This document shows, in pieces, positions 9,388 through 19,267 of a stretch of DNA of 64,000 nt. The position numbers and the translations under genes were made by a program. Positions within the stretch are counted from its first letter, which is position 1, and the number at the start of each line of letters is the position of its first letter. The stretch spans positions 1 through 64,000 of the IMG/VR virus record IMGVR_UViG_3300034072_000758; one strand, written 5' to 3'. The notes under the pieces were generated by a model. That model was given only the letters and a program-made list of their open reading frames with translations. It did no database searches and was not told the DNA's origin.

Positions 9388-10707
9388 TTACATCACGAAT
9401 ATTTTGCCTTCGCATTCATTTAAAGCCGCATTGAAATTATCTTCGAGTTCTTCCGCCATGTCGGTAAGAGCATTGTTGTAATATTCATAATCGTGCTCGT
9501 TACCACGAAAGCTATAATAACCATTTTGACCGGCCTTAAAATGCTTCGGAAGTGGATTGAATTTGATCTTACCAGTCAACATATATTGGGCTAATAGCTC
9601 AAGAGTAAATTCAAATTCATTTCTGAGCGCAGCTTCTCTTGCCGATCTCATAGTCCCAATGTTCTGAAAGAAGTATTTTAGGATTTTGTCAGTATTAGCT
9701 TTTTTCTGATGCTCACCATATCGTCCGCTATTGTTGTGTCTTTCTTCGCTATTACCTACCTTTACGCCATAGTTTTCTAAAATATTATTCATATATCGGA
9801 ATATTATGTTTCTAACTTCCGTGAAATGATAAACTTGTCTTTGGCTTTGACCGGTAGTGAAATTGTATTTGCCGTAGCGTGAAATTGCGTGACCGAAACG
9901 GTGAGCGATAATCCAAGCTGTCATAGGAACCTTTTCATCGCCCTTGTTGCTGTTGAACAAGATGTTGATAGCATTTGGTTGATACTGGAACTCGGACAAA
10001 GCTTTCGGCATGTTTTGTTCCAGCCACTCTTGATCGACCATACCAATTTCGCTATTTCGATTAGCTTCCGGCGAATTGACGAAATACATGTTGTAGTTAT
10101 GTGGTGTTTTAGCCCACTTCGCCTTGATCTTCTCAACGGCTTTTGGGTTATTCAAGAGCTTGCGTTCATTATCCTTATAAGAACTGTTCTTATCCCAATT
10201 ACCTACCTTCTGGAAATTGGCAATTGGCATTTCTTCAAGGGTCTCTTCACCTTCGGTCAATGAGGCCATCAGTTCCTTTACAGTAGGTTCATCCATATAC
10301 CCAAAGTGCGGCATTTTCAGTCCACGAATTTTAGTCTTCTCGGTGGCACCGTTGCTCATGAAAGCCTTGATACACTGGAAAGCGTCATCTGATTTTGGAC
10401 CCATACCATCAATCGGCGGAGCGAAATGAATCACGCCATTTCGGTATCGCCCACCAACACCTACCCAACCTCTGATCCAGCTATCATACCCGGCATTCGA
10501 TCCTGTTACTTCAAAATATTCCTCAGCATGAGACGCGCTAAGGGTCTTTGTACCGGCAGTACCTTCGTCGCCCAAAATGAAGCGTCCAGTCTTAGCATTG
10601 AACATAAAGCGACGATTTTTGATTTGTTTAAAATCAAAGCGACGAGTCTGGTGGGCCTTGTCAGATAGGCTGGTTTCGTTTTCATTAAGAATTTCAAAGT
10701 AACGCAT
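9388..10707 (-). CDS. Multidomain late protein with CTS-like N-terminus
   Basis: MRYFEILNE start; internal LTE/LEE linker; HRFGH motif; TAAATA 5 nt before ATG. Confidence 0.75.
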   Translation of the reverse strand: MRYFEILNENETSLSDKAHQTRRFDFKQIKNRRFMFNAKTGRFILGDEGTAGTKTLSASHAEEYFEVTGSNAGYDSWIRGWVGVGGRYRNGVIHFAPPIDGMGPKSDDAFQCIKAFMSNGATEKTKIRGLKMPHFGYMDEPTVKELMASLTEGEETLEEMPIANFQKVGNWDKNSSYKDNERKLLNNPKAVEKIKAKWAKTPHNYNMYFVNSPEANRNSEIGMVDQEWLEQNMPKALSEFQYQPNAINILFNSNKGDEKVPMTAWIIAHRFGHAISRYGKYNFTTGQSQRQVYHFTEVRNIIFRYMNNILENYGVKVGNSEERHNNSGRYGEHQKKANTDKILKYFFQNIGTMRSAREAALRNEFEFTLELLAQYMLTGKIKFNPLPKHFKAGQNGYYSFRGNEHDYEYYNNALTDMAEELEDNFNAALNECEGKIFVM

Positions 10708-10712
10708 AAGAT

Positions 10713-10728
10713 TATTTATTACTAAATA
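10713..10728. promoter_or_regulatory. Back-to-back T4-type late promoters (TAAATA)
   Basis: TAAATA at 10718-10713 (minus) and 10723-10728 (plus), each exactly 5 nt from an ATG. Confidence 0.75.
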
Positions 10729-10733
10729 CGTGT

Positions 10734-11306
10734 ATGAAGTTTAGAGAATTGTTAGAACCTAAGAAGAGAATTTATATTGCTCGAAAACTACTTAATGGTG
10801 AAGACATCATTGCTTGGGCTAAGGAAAACGGTCTAACATATTGTTTAAAACCGGAAGATTTTCACACAACAATTTTCTATACAAAGAACGCTATTGACTG
10901 GTATGATGTAGAACGCCAGAATGATACGGTGGTATGTAATACCGATGGGACAGATCGTCACATTACTTTGCTAGGTAAAACTGCGTTGTGTTTAGTATTC
11001 AAAAATGAAATACTTGATAATCGTCATTTCCAACTTCGACATGATGGCTTAATTTCAACGTATAACGACCATATTTTACACGTGACTCTCTCATACCGGG
11101 AGTATGATCAGCCCCTCAACATCATGACTGTTCCGGTATATAGTGGGCCTCTAATCTTTGGTCCTGAGTATGTTGATAATCCCGACGAAGATAACGTTGA
11201 ATTTGAAGAAATGTGTCTCGATGAAAGTGAAACACAGGATTGTGAACTTGGTCCCTATTATCAAAGCGACGAAGAATTAGAAGCTCAAGGTGTAAAAAAG
11301 CTCTAA
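10734..11306 (+). CDS. acb1: Anti-CBASS Acb1-like (T4 gp57B-like) 2H phosphoesterase
   Basis: Two HxT motifs (FHTTIFY, LHVTLSY); IYIARK, LCLVFKNEILDNRH and PLIFGPEY align by eye with T4 gp57B. Confidence 0.8.
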   Translation: MKFRELLEPKKRIYIARKLLNGEDIIAWAKENGLTYCLKPEDFHTTIFYTKNAIDWYDVERQNDTVVCNTDGTDRHITLLGKTALCLVFKNEILDNRHFQLRHDGLISTYNDHILHVTLSYREYDQPLNIMTVPVYSGPLIFGPEYVDNPDEDNVEFEEMCLDESETQDCELGPYYQSDEELEAQGVKKL

Positions 11307-11312
11307 TATAGA

Positions 11313-11340
11313 TTGACAATATACCGTCATATGTTATCGT
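11313..11340 (+). promoter_or_regulatory. Sigma70-type early promoter
   Basis: TTGACA...TG-T-TATCGT upstream of GGAG-acaaaat-ATG. Confidence 0.6.
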
Positions 11341-11370
11341 GAAATATATCAATATTCACGGAGACAAAAT

Positions 11371-11721
11371 ATGACCGGTCTGACTATTCTCGCTAAAACC
11401 ATCGTTGTAGCTTTCAAGGAAGGCCGCAAGCGTTATGAAGTAGCCCGCCCGGTCACGGCGACGGTCGCGGATGATGCCTCACTTCGCGCATCCACCATCA
11501 GCCTGATCTCGGCTGGACAAAACGGCAGCATGGTCAACTGGAACGTCCGCGAAGCTACTCTGGCCGAAGTTCTGGCCCTTGCCGCGCAGTCGGCTCGCAA
11601 TTTTCTACTGACGCTCGGCGAAGAAAACGGAAAGTTCACGGTCGAAGACGATGGTGAAGTGCTATTCATCACCGACACCGAAACCACCCGATCCGAGGTA
11701 TTGGCTAAGGTATTCAAGTAA
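11371..11721 (+). CDS. Early hypothetical protein
   Basis: Own promoter and SD. Confidence 0.7.
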   Translation: MTGLTILAKTIVVAFKEGRKRYEVARPVTATVADDASLRASTISLISAGQNGSMVNWNVREATLAEVLALAAQSARNFLLTLGEENGKFTVEDDGEVLFITDTETTRSEVLAKVFK

Positions 11722-12172
11722 GCAATAACCGCATCATCATCGTGGCATTGGTGATTTCTTCCCAAGATGCGTTGATCCTAGCGGTATATCCGGTCATAGA
11801 TTCTATTTTGACCCATCGTTTGTAAGGGAGAACACCACCGCGTTCTCCCTTTATTTCGTAATACCCCTCCCCCATTTCTTGAATTGAAAAACTAGACACG
11901 AGGTCAAATTTGATCTCGAACTTTACATGTTGGAACACAACGCTCAAATAGGCGTCTGAAACCGTGGCCTTACCCTTGTCGTCGTTCACAAATCTGTTTC
12001 CGCGCCCGTGTATCAAAGAAAACACGACCGTTTTACCGGCTTCATATTCCAATGATATAATATCATCGCATCGTGCTTCTGCCTGATTGTACAGAATAAA
12101 CCAGTCGAGCAACGGTAACCCACATTCTAATATTTGCTCAGTCCGGTCGTCGCTCATAGCATAATTCTCCAA
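11714..12172 (-). CDS. Hypothetical protein (true start probably a few codons downstream)
   Basis: TTGACC-17-TAAAAT promoter upstream; GGAG SD. Confidence 0.6.
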   Translation of the reverse strand: MENYAMSDDRTEQILECGLPLLDWFILYNQAEARCDDIISLEYEAGKTVVFSLIHGRGNRFVNDDKGKATVSDAYLSVVFQHVKFEIKFDLVSSFSIQEMGEGYYEIKGERGGVLPYKRWVKIESMTGYTARINASWEEITNATMMMRLLLT

Positions 12173-12250
12173 GAAAATAGATTTTACGACCAGAAAAGAA
12201 TCTGGTCAACACCTCAACATTAATTTCGACTCTCGCATCTTTGGTATGTT

Positions 12251-13354
12251 ATGGTTAACGCTATGATGCTAGATATTAACTACGTTTGGAATGTCTTGGT
12301 TGCCAATCTACCGAAATCCCGGTCAGGTGGCTTCATCAAGATTTGCTGTCCGATGTGTCCAACTATGGGTGAAACACCGGATACCAGATTCCGTTGCGGT
12401 ATTACCAGAAACACCGATGGTGGCTTTGGTATAAACTGTTTCAACTGTGGTTTCAAAGCAAAATATGTCATGGGTAACGGTCTTTCCAAGAATGTGAAAG
12501 ACTTCATGTACGCCATCAACATCCCCGACCGGGTGATGATGGAAGTGGGTTATATGGTCCTTCTCGCCCAACGCCATTACAATAAGGCGGATGGTATAGT
12601 CGCTGAAATAGGCAGCGTTGCTACAGAGTTTGCGAGTCTACCTAAGAACTCGTTACCTATTAAAGAGTGGAAGGCTGAGGGATGTGATGATCCTAATTTC
12701 TTGGCCGTCTGTAAATATCTGGAAGGACGGGGTGATTATATAGCTAACAGCTATAATTATCACTGGTCCCCAGAAACCTCGGCCAAAATCAATCGTCGTG
12801 TGATTATACCATTTTATGATTATGGAGATCGCGTGGCTGGTTGGACTGGACGACTGATTGATCCTTCAAAAACTGATCGATACCTAACCAAAGGATCGAA
12901 AGCGCACTTGTTCAACAATCATCTTCTCTATGACAAGGAGATCGAAACGCTCATTGTCAATGAAGGCCCGTTTGACGCGATTGCTACTAATGGGGTGGCT
13001 CTACACGGTTCATCTATCAACGACTTTATTGTCAGCATCTTGAACGACTGCGGTAAGCGCATTGTCATTGTCCCTGATGGCGATAAGGCCGGTAGCAAGC
13101 TGATCCCGGTCGCGCTTGAGAATGGTTGGTCAGTGGCCTTCCCTAAGCTCCAAGGCATCTACAAGAAGGATAACTGGTGGGAAGATGACGTAGATGACCC
13201 GGCCAAAGCATGTGCCAAATACGGGCATCTTTTCACGGTTAGATCGATCATCGAAACAGCTACGGATAGCTCGTTCACGATACACATGAAGAGTAAGTTT
13301 TTGGTCGAAAAAGAAGAACCAAAACCAACTAAAAAAGTAAGCGAAGTAAGGTAA
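12251..13354 (+). CDS. DNA primase (zinc-binding plus TOPRIM)
   Basis: CPMC...CFNC zinc ribbon; RVIIPF, EGPFDA and PDGD TOPRIM motifs; adjacent to helicase. Confidence 0.9.
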   Translation: MVNAMMLDINYVWNVLVANLPKSRSGGFIKICCPMCPTMGETPDTRFRCGITRNTDGGFGINCFNCGFKAKYVMGNGLSKNVKDFMYAINIPDRVMMEVGYMVLLAQRHYNKADGIVAEIGSVATEFASLPKNSLPIKEWKAEGCDDPNFLAVCKYLEGRGDYIANSYNYHWSPETSAKINRRVIIPFYDYGDRVAGWTGRLIDPSKTDRYLTKGSKAHLFNNHLLYDKEIETLIVNEGPFDAIATNGVALHGSSINDFIVSILNDCGKRIVIVPDGDKAGSKLIPVALENGWSVAFPKLQGIYKKDNWWEDDVDDPAKACAKYGHLFTVRSIIETATDSSFTIHMKSKFLVEKEEPKPTKKVSEVR

Positions 13355-13419
13355 TTCAGGACTTTTTACCTTCTAAATATGAGTCCTCAAAAATAAGAAA
13401 GTATAGGAAAGAGTATAAT

Positions 13420-14733
13420 ATGGATGTTTTCAATGTAGAGTTACAGAAGCAGTTGGTGGCCTTTATGATGGCGGACTCGGAATCGTTCGCTATTTCACGG
13501 GACATCATTCGCCCTGAACTTTTCGACCGATCTTTAGAACCAGCCGTAGCCTTTATTTTGGACTACGCTAACCAACACAGCAATCTACCGCCAGTAGGTG
13601 TTCTATCGGCTTCTACGGGCTTTGACGTGCCGGATTTCCCCGACGCTAAAAGTCATCGGGACTGGTACACCCAAACCATTGAAAAATTCATTCAGAAGAG
13701 AACGCTCACCGATGTTATTCTGAACTATGCCGAAAAAATTCAGGAAAACAAAGAGCACCAAGTAGACATCGTAAAAGCATGTCAAGATGCTATGGCTATT
13801 TCTCTGATCAAGGATTTAGGTACGAATATCTTCAAGGATGCTGATCGCATTATTGAAAACTTCAAGGCCAACCAAGTTCTTGTTCCGACCGGCTTCAATG
13901 ACATAGACGGGAAGCTTTATGGTGGGCTGGCCGAAGAATCTTTGACGATTTTCGTCGGTCGTTCGGGTGAAGGTAAATCTCTCATTCTCCAAAATATAGG
14001 CATAAATTGGGCCGCAATGGGGAAAAATATCATTTATATCAGTCTCGAACTCTCCGAAGAATTGATTGGTCGTCGCTTGATTTCAATGGTCTCTGACTTG
14101 TCTACAACGGATGTTCTTAAAAACACTAAAGAAGCCTGTACCCGTATCAAGATTTTCGATAAGCGAAAACAAGCAGGTAACTACATCATCAAAGCCCTTC
14201 CGAATGGAAGTACGACAAATACAATCCGCGCGTTCATTAAAGAATACACGATTAAAACTGGTATCGAACCAGATGCGATCATTGTTGACTATCTGGACAT
14301 CATGTATCCAAACGAGAAGAATGTAGATATATCCAATCTCTTCACGAAGGATAAGTTCGTGTCGGAACAGCTTCGCGGTTTGTCCTTCGATCTCAAGGTT
14401 CCGGTCGTCACCGCGTCTCAGTTCAACCGATCTGCGACGGATACGGAAGAATTTGATCACTCACACATCGCGGGTGGTATCTCGAAGATCAACACAGCGG
14501 ATAACCTTATCTATCTCAATGCACCGAAGTCCAAGAAAGAAAAAGGCGAGTTTGAGATTATTTTTGGTAAGACACGTTCATCCGGCGCTGTCGGCGACAG
14601 ACTGAAACTCAAGTACAATAATCAGACCATGCGGTTACTTGATTGGGAAGGTCTACCCGATGTCGATCTCGACTTTGGTGACCTTGATGATGATAACGAT
14701 GCCAAGAACCAATTGATGAATCTGAATTTATAA
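13420..14733 (+). CDS. Replicative DNA helicase (gp41/DnaB-like)
   Basis: Walker A GRSGEGKS; SLELSE; IVDYLD; TASQFNR; KTRS. Confidence 0.93.
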   Translation: MDVFNVELQKQLVAFMMADSESFAISRDIIRPELFDRSLEPAVAFILDYANQHSNLPPVGVLSASTGFDVPDFPDAKSHRDWYTQTIEKFIQKRTLTDVILNYAEKIQENKEHQVDIVKACQDAMAISLIKDLGTNIFKDADRIIENFKANQVLVPTGFNDIDGKLYGGLAEESLTIFVGRSGEGKSLILQNIGINWAAMGKNIIYISLELSEELIGRRLISMVSDLSTTDVLKNTKEACTRIKIFDKRKQAGNYIIKALPNGSTTNTIRAFIKEYTIKTGIEPDAIIVDYLDIMYPNEKNVDISNLFTKDKFVSEQLRGLSFDLKVPVVTASQFNRSATDTEEFDHSHIAGGISKINTADNLIYLNAPKSKKEKGEFEIIFGKTRSSGAVGDRLKLKYNNQTMRLLDWEGLPDVDLDFGDLDDDNDAKNQLMNLNL

Positions 14734-14736
14734 ATC

Positions 14737-14766
14737 AAGGGGGTTTTAAAACCCCCTTCTTCTTTT
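14737..14766 (+). terminator. Probable terminator hairpin
   Basis: aagggggtttt-aaaacccctt inverted repeat after the helicase. Confidence 0.6.
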
Positions 14767-14779
14767 GCTAAATATTAAC

Positions 14780-15088
14780 ATGGAATTTAATAGCGAAATG
14801 CGCGATTATATGGCTATCGCGCAGTTATATTCTTGGGATTATATGGATGCTGTTCATTTTGAAAAAGAACAGTTGACTGAATCTGCGCAAGTGGAGACGG
14901 AAAACCCATCAGTAATCGGAGAATACGCTGTTGGTGAATTGAAGGATTTGGTTTTTAAACTCAGAGCATTTCAAGAATCTCAAAGTGGTGACTATGGCTA
15001 TGGCTTTGAAATGGGGATGCAACGAGCGGCTGATATGGTTGAAAATTTAATTCTAAGATTAAGTGAAGAGAACGATGGACAGAAGTAA
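14780..15088 (+). CDS. Late hypothetical protein, first gene of a probable virion operon
   Basis: TAAATA at 14769-14774, 5 nt before ATG 14780. Confidence 0.7.
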   Translation: MEFNSEMRDYMAIAQLYSWDYMDAVHFEKEQLTESAQVETENPSVIGEYAVGELKDLVFKLRAFQESQSGDYGYGFEMGMQRAADMVENLILRLSEENDGQK

Positions 15089-15329
15089 AAAATTCAGAAG
15101 TATTCTTGAGGAAATCGGTGGTATCGAAGAAACCGATAAGGACTTGTTCTTGGAATCAAAGGCCAAGCATCTTATTGCCTCAAGTTCGCATTTGATAAAA
15201 TATATCACCGAGAACTACGACGAAGAAACTAGCGCCGATCTAGTGAAGCGCCTAATTAACTCAATCCGTACCGGTGACGAGAAGAAGTTTATTCGCGGTA
15301 TTCGCAATGTCGGGAACAATGACGAATGA
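15075..15329 (+). CDS. Late hypothetical protein
   Basis: MDRSKKFRSILEE; overlapping neighbours in the operon. Confidence 0.7.
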   Translation: MDRSKKFRSILEEIGGIEETDKDLFLESKAKHLIASSSHLIKYITENYDEETSADLVKRLINSIRTGDEKKFIRGIRNVGNNDE

Positions 15330-16312
15330 CCATTGTAAACGAAGCTGGCTTTATGGATCGTATGAAGAAAGTGGTAGGCGACCGTCTTACCAGTGTGAAG
15401 GATCGCGCGCTGTATGCGACTGGTGATCATAAAGCTCTCGGTCGTTTAAATTTCAATCTGGCAAAAAAGAAGGTCATGAAAGATTGGCATGAATATCAGG
15501 GTGTGAAGTCCCAGACCACCGATGCCACCCCAACCTTCGGAATGTTTTTAGATTTTCTGAAATATGAATACAACATTCAGGTCAATTCGGATCAATATGA
15601 TGCCGTCAAGGACAAGCCGTTCGATGATGAAGCTCACCTTCCAAAATTTATTGATCATTTGATCCAAAACGGAAACATCGTCGTGAACCGTGGACAAACA
15701 GTTCACAAGTCGGCGTACAAGCCTGATCCAAAAAAGCAAGCCCCGTCTAAGGACACCGATAAAGAAGGCACGGACCTACCAGACGCTCCGACCGATGATA
15801 GTGAAACTCCAACAGATGCGGAAACGACAGAAGAACCATCAACCGAGACAGCGGAAGTAGATGAATACAGCATTTTCCCGAATGAAAATGTGTATATCAA
15901 TCTCGGTAAGTTCAAAACAGAGATAAAGCAAAATGCTCGAACCTCCGAGCTTATTGAACTGTCCGAGTTTCTTTCTAAGCAAGATAATGCCGACAATATA
16001 GACATGTCCAGTGATCATGTAAAACTGATGGGTGTTATCGTATACGCTTTCCTTTCTGCTACATCTACTGATCAGGCCATCATTTCTAAAGAAAAAGATG
16101 ACGCTAATATCTCAAGATTGTACAAGAAGATAAACAATCTCATGATTAAAACGAAATTCAAGAGTGAATACTATAGCGAAATCGCCAAGAAGGCCGGTGA
16201 CACCAAGCATGAAGCAATTTCATACGTTAGAAACTCTGGTAGTAATTTTAAGTATGTCGTTGCTCTCGTGTTAATTTTACTCGATTATATGAAGCTCCGT
16301 AATACGAAATGA
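15326..16312 (+). CDS. Late hypothetical protein, possible head protein
   Basis: MTIVNE start; acidic linker; coupled ORF. Confidence 0.7.
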   Translation: MTIVNEAGFMDRMKKVVGDRLTSVKDRALYATGDHKALGRLNFNLAKKKVMKDWHEYQGVKSQTTDATPTFGMFLDFLKYEYNIQVNSDQYDAVKDKPFDDEAHLPKFIDHLIQNGNIVVNRGQTVHKSAYKPDPKKQAPSKDTDKEGTDLPDAPTDDSETPTDAETTEEPSTETAEVDEYSIFPNENVYINLGKFKTEIKQNARTSELIELSEFLSKQDNADNIDMSSDHVKLMGVIVYAFLSATSTDQAIISKEKDDANISRLYKKINNLMIKTKFKSEYYSEIAKKAGDTKHEAISYVRNSGSNFKYVVALVLILLDYMKLRNTK

Positions 16313-17142
16313 GTATCATAAAGACACTTTCCGAATCTAAATCATTCCCATCGATAAAACATCTTGAACGTATCGATCTCGATACTCTGTGTGAACTCGC
16401 GGTATTAAATTTTTGTACTCTTTATATATTACACAATATTCCAGAAACAAAAGCTTTCGCAAACAAGTACATTTCAGTTTTGATCTCGGCTAATCACACG
16501 CATTTTAAGCGTTGGGCTACCGGAGGGAATGATCAATATGCTGTGTTGTACGGAATTTGTAACGACGAAAAAGAAAAGAAGAAAGTCATCCCGGTTGGTC
16601 TCAACGCTATGGACACATGGCTTACTCAGTTGAAGCGGGATTCGCTGACCAAAATTGCTCACACAACATTCTTCACTCGATTGGATTATAATTTCCAAAT
16701 CAAGAATGCTTCTCTGAAAGCGGTTCGCAGACTTGTTTCTGACTGGACAAATTTGAACCACGAAGAGAAGCAATTTGCGACCACTCGTTTGTTACAAATG
16801 ATTCGTTCCAGAAACCCAAAGAACGATCTTCTTCACTATCTCGAACAAGCGGCACACCACCATGATCTTGAGCTTCATGACGTGTGTAATAAAGACACTG
16901 GCGACGGCTGTGGACATACCGAATATGGTGGCGCTCAACAATACAAACAAAAGCCTGAAAAGAATACAAATTGGGTTGCTGGCGCGGCTGCTATGGCTGC
17001 TGGCTATGGTTTAGCTCGCTGGGCGCATGGCCGCAAGGTTACCGAAGACGATGCTGGTGGTGCGGCCCTTTCTACAACTAGCTCAAGTAATATCGCAACA
17101 CATGTAAAGCCATTAGGAAATACCGTAATAAAAAGAACCTGA
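16309..17142 (+). CDS. Late hypothetical protein, possible virion protein
   Basis: MSIIKTLSE start; C-terminal VTE-D...TTSSSNIAT tail. Confidence 0.7.
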   Translation: MSIIKTLSESKSFPSIKHLERIDLDTLCELAVLNFCTLYILHNIPETKAFANKYISVLISANHTHFKRWATGGNDQYAVLYGICNDEKEKKKVIPVGLNAMDTWLTQLKRDSLTKIAHTTFFTRLDYNFQIKNASLKAVRRLVSDWTNLNHEEKQFATTRLLQMIRSRNPKNDLLHYLEQAAHHHDLELHDVCNKDTGDGCGHTEYGGAQQYKQKPEKNTNWVAGAAAMAAGYGLARWAHGRKVTEDDAGGAALSTTSSSNIATHVKPLGNTVIKRT

Positions 17143-17183
17143 TTTGAATAAATATTATACAAACAAATAAGAGGGTTACTTTT

Positions 17184-17495
17184 ATGGGTCACGCCATTAT
17201 TTCTAATATGGATAGCTATGATTATTTCATCGTGAATACAAACGTTGATATTACTAATACTACGGTTGTTTCCAACGGCAAGACTAACTTTGACCGAATG
17301 GTTGAAATTATCAACATTCATAGCCAACCAGTTTTGATGTCGGCCATAACCGGTTCTGGTCCGTATACGTTCAAGTTCGCGGTCGAACACAAAGGCTTCC
17401 ACAAACCATCTGATATTCAGAACTCGTTCGTTCTTCACGGCGCGTCTTTTGGCTTCAACACAAACACGGTGGTTACACAAGCTTCGGGGCTGTAA
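17184..17495 (+). CDS. Small late protein, possibly structural
   Basis: TAAATA at 17149-17154, GAGGG SD; FKFAVEH motif. Confidence 0.7.
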   Translation: MGHAIISNMDSYDYFIVNTNVDITNTTVVSNGKTNFDRMVEIINIHSQPVLMSAITGSGPYTFKFAVEHKGFHKPSDIQNSFVLHGASFGFNTNTVVTQASGL

Positions 17496-17497
17496 TA

Positions 17498-17632
17498 ATG
17501 ACTTTACGTGAGCTTTTTGAAGACAGTAAAAATATTTGGGTTAAGAAGAACAACAAGATTGTCAAAAAAAGACAGTCTACGTTGGACTTTTCCAAACCCT
17601 TAAACAAAGTGGAAGTTAAAACCAATGAGTAA
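17498..17632 (+). CDS. Small basic protein (44 aa, not in ORF track) with CTS-like N-terminus
   Basis: MTLRELFEDSKNIWVKKNNKIVKKR...; fills the gap and overlaps the next start. Confidence 0.6.
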   Translation: MTLRELFEDSKNIWVKKNNKIVKKRQSTLDFSKPLNKVEVKTNE

Positions 17633-19010
17633 TTTCTCGAAGAAAATCTCTGAAATCACAAAGCTTTCCACGGAAGAAGTCGATAAAAAGATCGCGTTGC
17701 TGGATATACCAGCGATGTTGAAACTACAGCGCGCTGTTAGTGCGGGTAAGAAAGACGAAATTAATGACATACTCAAGATTTCGTCCAAATTGACCAAGAA
17801 TGACATTTCCCCGGAAGATAAGAAAACTCCAAATATCCATAAATATAATATCGGCGATGAAATTGAAGTGAATGGTGAAACGGCAATCGTGAAGATTCCA
17901 TCCGCACCACATCAAACAGTTGGCGCATTGATTGACGGAGAATTACAAATGATTGACAAAAATACTCGCCAAGATCGCAGCATCCGCGACCAACTCAAGG
18001 AAGCCCTTGGAATAAACGAACTCGAAGATGCGCCTATGAGAGCGCTCAAGACAGACGACGCGGTTGATATGACTGGCGCTGATGACTATTTCGATGCTGG
18101 TGGTGAAGATGGAACAGACGCCGATGCTGGCGATATGGGCTTCGATCTGGACCGCATGAAATCATTGGCCGGTTTAAGCACCGATGTTCCGGCCCTCCCG
18201 GCTCCCGATGCTATGGACTCCCCAGCAACCGACCCAACGGCTTCATCGTTGAGCGACCCGGCTGCTATTCCTCTCGCTTCTGATCAAATTACCGATGTTG
18301 AAGAAATCATTCGCGCTATTGACGATATTGAACAAAAAATTCTTGATGTTCGTTTGGGCGACTTCAAGCCTGTTCACCAGCGTCTTGAAACAATGATCGA
18401 TAACGTCCTCACAACAGGCCAACAATCGGTCAGTGATGATCAGGCACCGGGCACACTGGCTCCTGAGCCAATGGCCGCTCCTATGGCTCCTGTAGAGCCT
18501 GTTGATGCGGTTGTCACACCGGTTGACGACACAGAAGAAGAAACCGATTATAGCGTAGAAGACATGGACGAGAATAAGCATATATTCGAAGGCAAACAAT
18601 ATGTCTTACAAGGTATGAACGCTGACTTCAATGGCTTGGACGAGTTTACCCAAGGATACATCAAGAGTATGTTCTGGGCTGATGTTAACGAAGATTCTTT
18701 AGGCGGCGAAGGTACAGAGAATATCAATTGGGATGATATTGGTTTTGAAAATCTCGATCATCACAGTCTGTTAAAGATTATTGAAGATTGTAAGAAATTC
18801 CAAAAGAAGGCTGGCGCAGAAGCCATTGAAGCTTATGGCGCTGAACAAGCCGGTCATGACTTTTATATGACCCGTAATGGTCACGGCGTTGGTTTCTGGG
18901 AAGAAGATCATGCCACACCAGAAATATGTCAAGCATTGGACAAGCTGGCAAAAGCCACTGGTCAGACTTGGGTTTACATCGGAGACGATGAACAGGTTCA
19001 CGTAGGATAA
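17625..19010 (+). CDS. Acidic multidomain late protein, possible head-internal or scaffold-like
   Basis: D/E/P/A-rich middle; LDRMKSLAGL; several (I/L)xE sites; C-terminal AGHDFYMTRNGHGVGFW domain. Confidence 0.7.
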   Translation: MSNFSKKISEITKLSTEEVDKKIALLDIPAMLKLQRAVSAGKKDEINDILKISSKLTKNDISPEDKKTPNIHKYNIGDEIEVNGETAIVKIPSAPHQTVGALIDGELQMIDKNTRQDRSIRDQLKEALGINELEDAPMRALKTDDAVDMTGADDYFDAGGEDGTDADAGDMGFDLDRMKSLAGLSTDVPALPAPDAMDSPATDPTASSLSDPAAIPLASDQITDVEEIIRAIDDIEQKILDVRLGDFKPVHQRLETMIDNVLTTGQQSVSDDQAPGTLAPEPMAAPMAPVEPVDAVVTPVDDTEEETDYSVEDMDENKHIFEGKQYVLQGMNADFNGLDEFTQGYIKSMFWADVNEDSLGGEGTENINWDDIGFENLDHHSLLKIIEDCKKFQKKAGAEAIEAYGAEQAGHDFYMTRNGHGVGFWEEDHATPEICQALDKLAKATGQTWVYIGDDEQVHVG

Positions 19011-19013
19011 AAG

Positions 19014-19037
19014 AAAAGGCCCCTTTCGGGGCCTTTT
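19014..19037. terminator. Bidirectional terminator
   Basis: aaaaggccc-tttcg-gggcctttt between convergent genes. Confidence 0.8.
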
Positions 19038-19266
19038 AATTGTCTTCGACCATCAGGAGGTCCGCTTTTATAGCGGAAAGCTGAGTGAACAGATCGAGAT
19101 TGGCATCCACGAAATCACACATCGCTGTGTATTTTTCGATACGAACGAGCTTGTGGGCGATACTGGATAGAAGTTCGCCATAGATGCGTTCTACGTGGTT
19201 CTTGGCGTCGTATTCCGTTTCATGAAGCTGACCGTCGAAGGTTTGGATACGAGTCACAGCCTTCAT
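19036..19266 (-). CDS. Early hypothetical protein
   Basis: 76 aa, directly downstream of 19268-19624. Confidence 0.65.
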   Translation of the reverse strand: MKAVTRIQTFDGQLHETEYDAKNHVERIYGELLSSIAHKLVRIEKYTAMCDFVDANLDLFTQLSAIKADLLMVEDN

Positions 19267-19267
19267 T

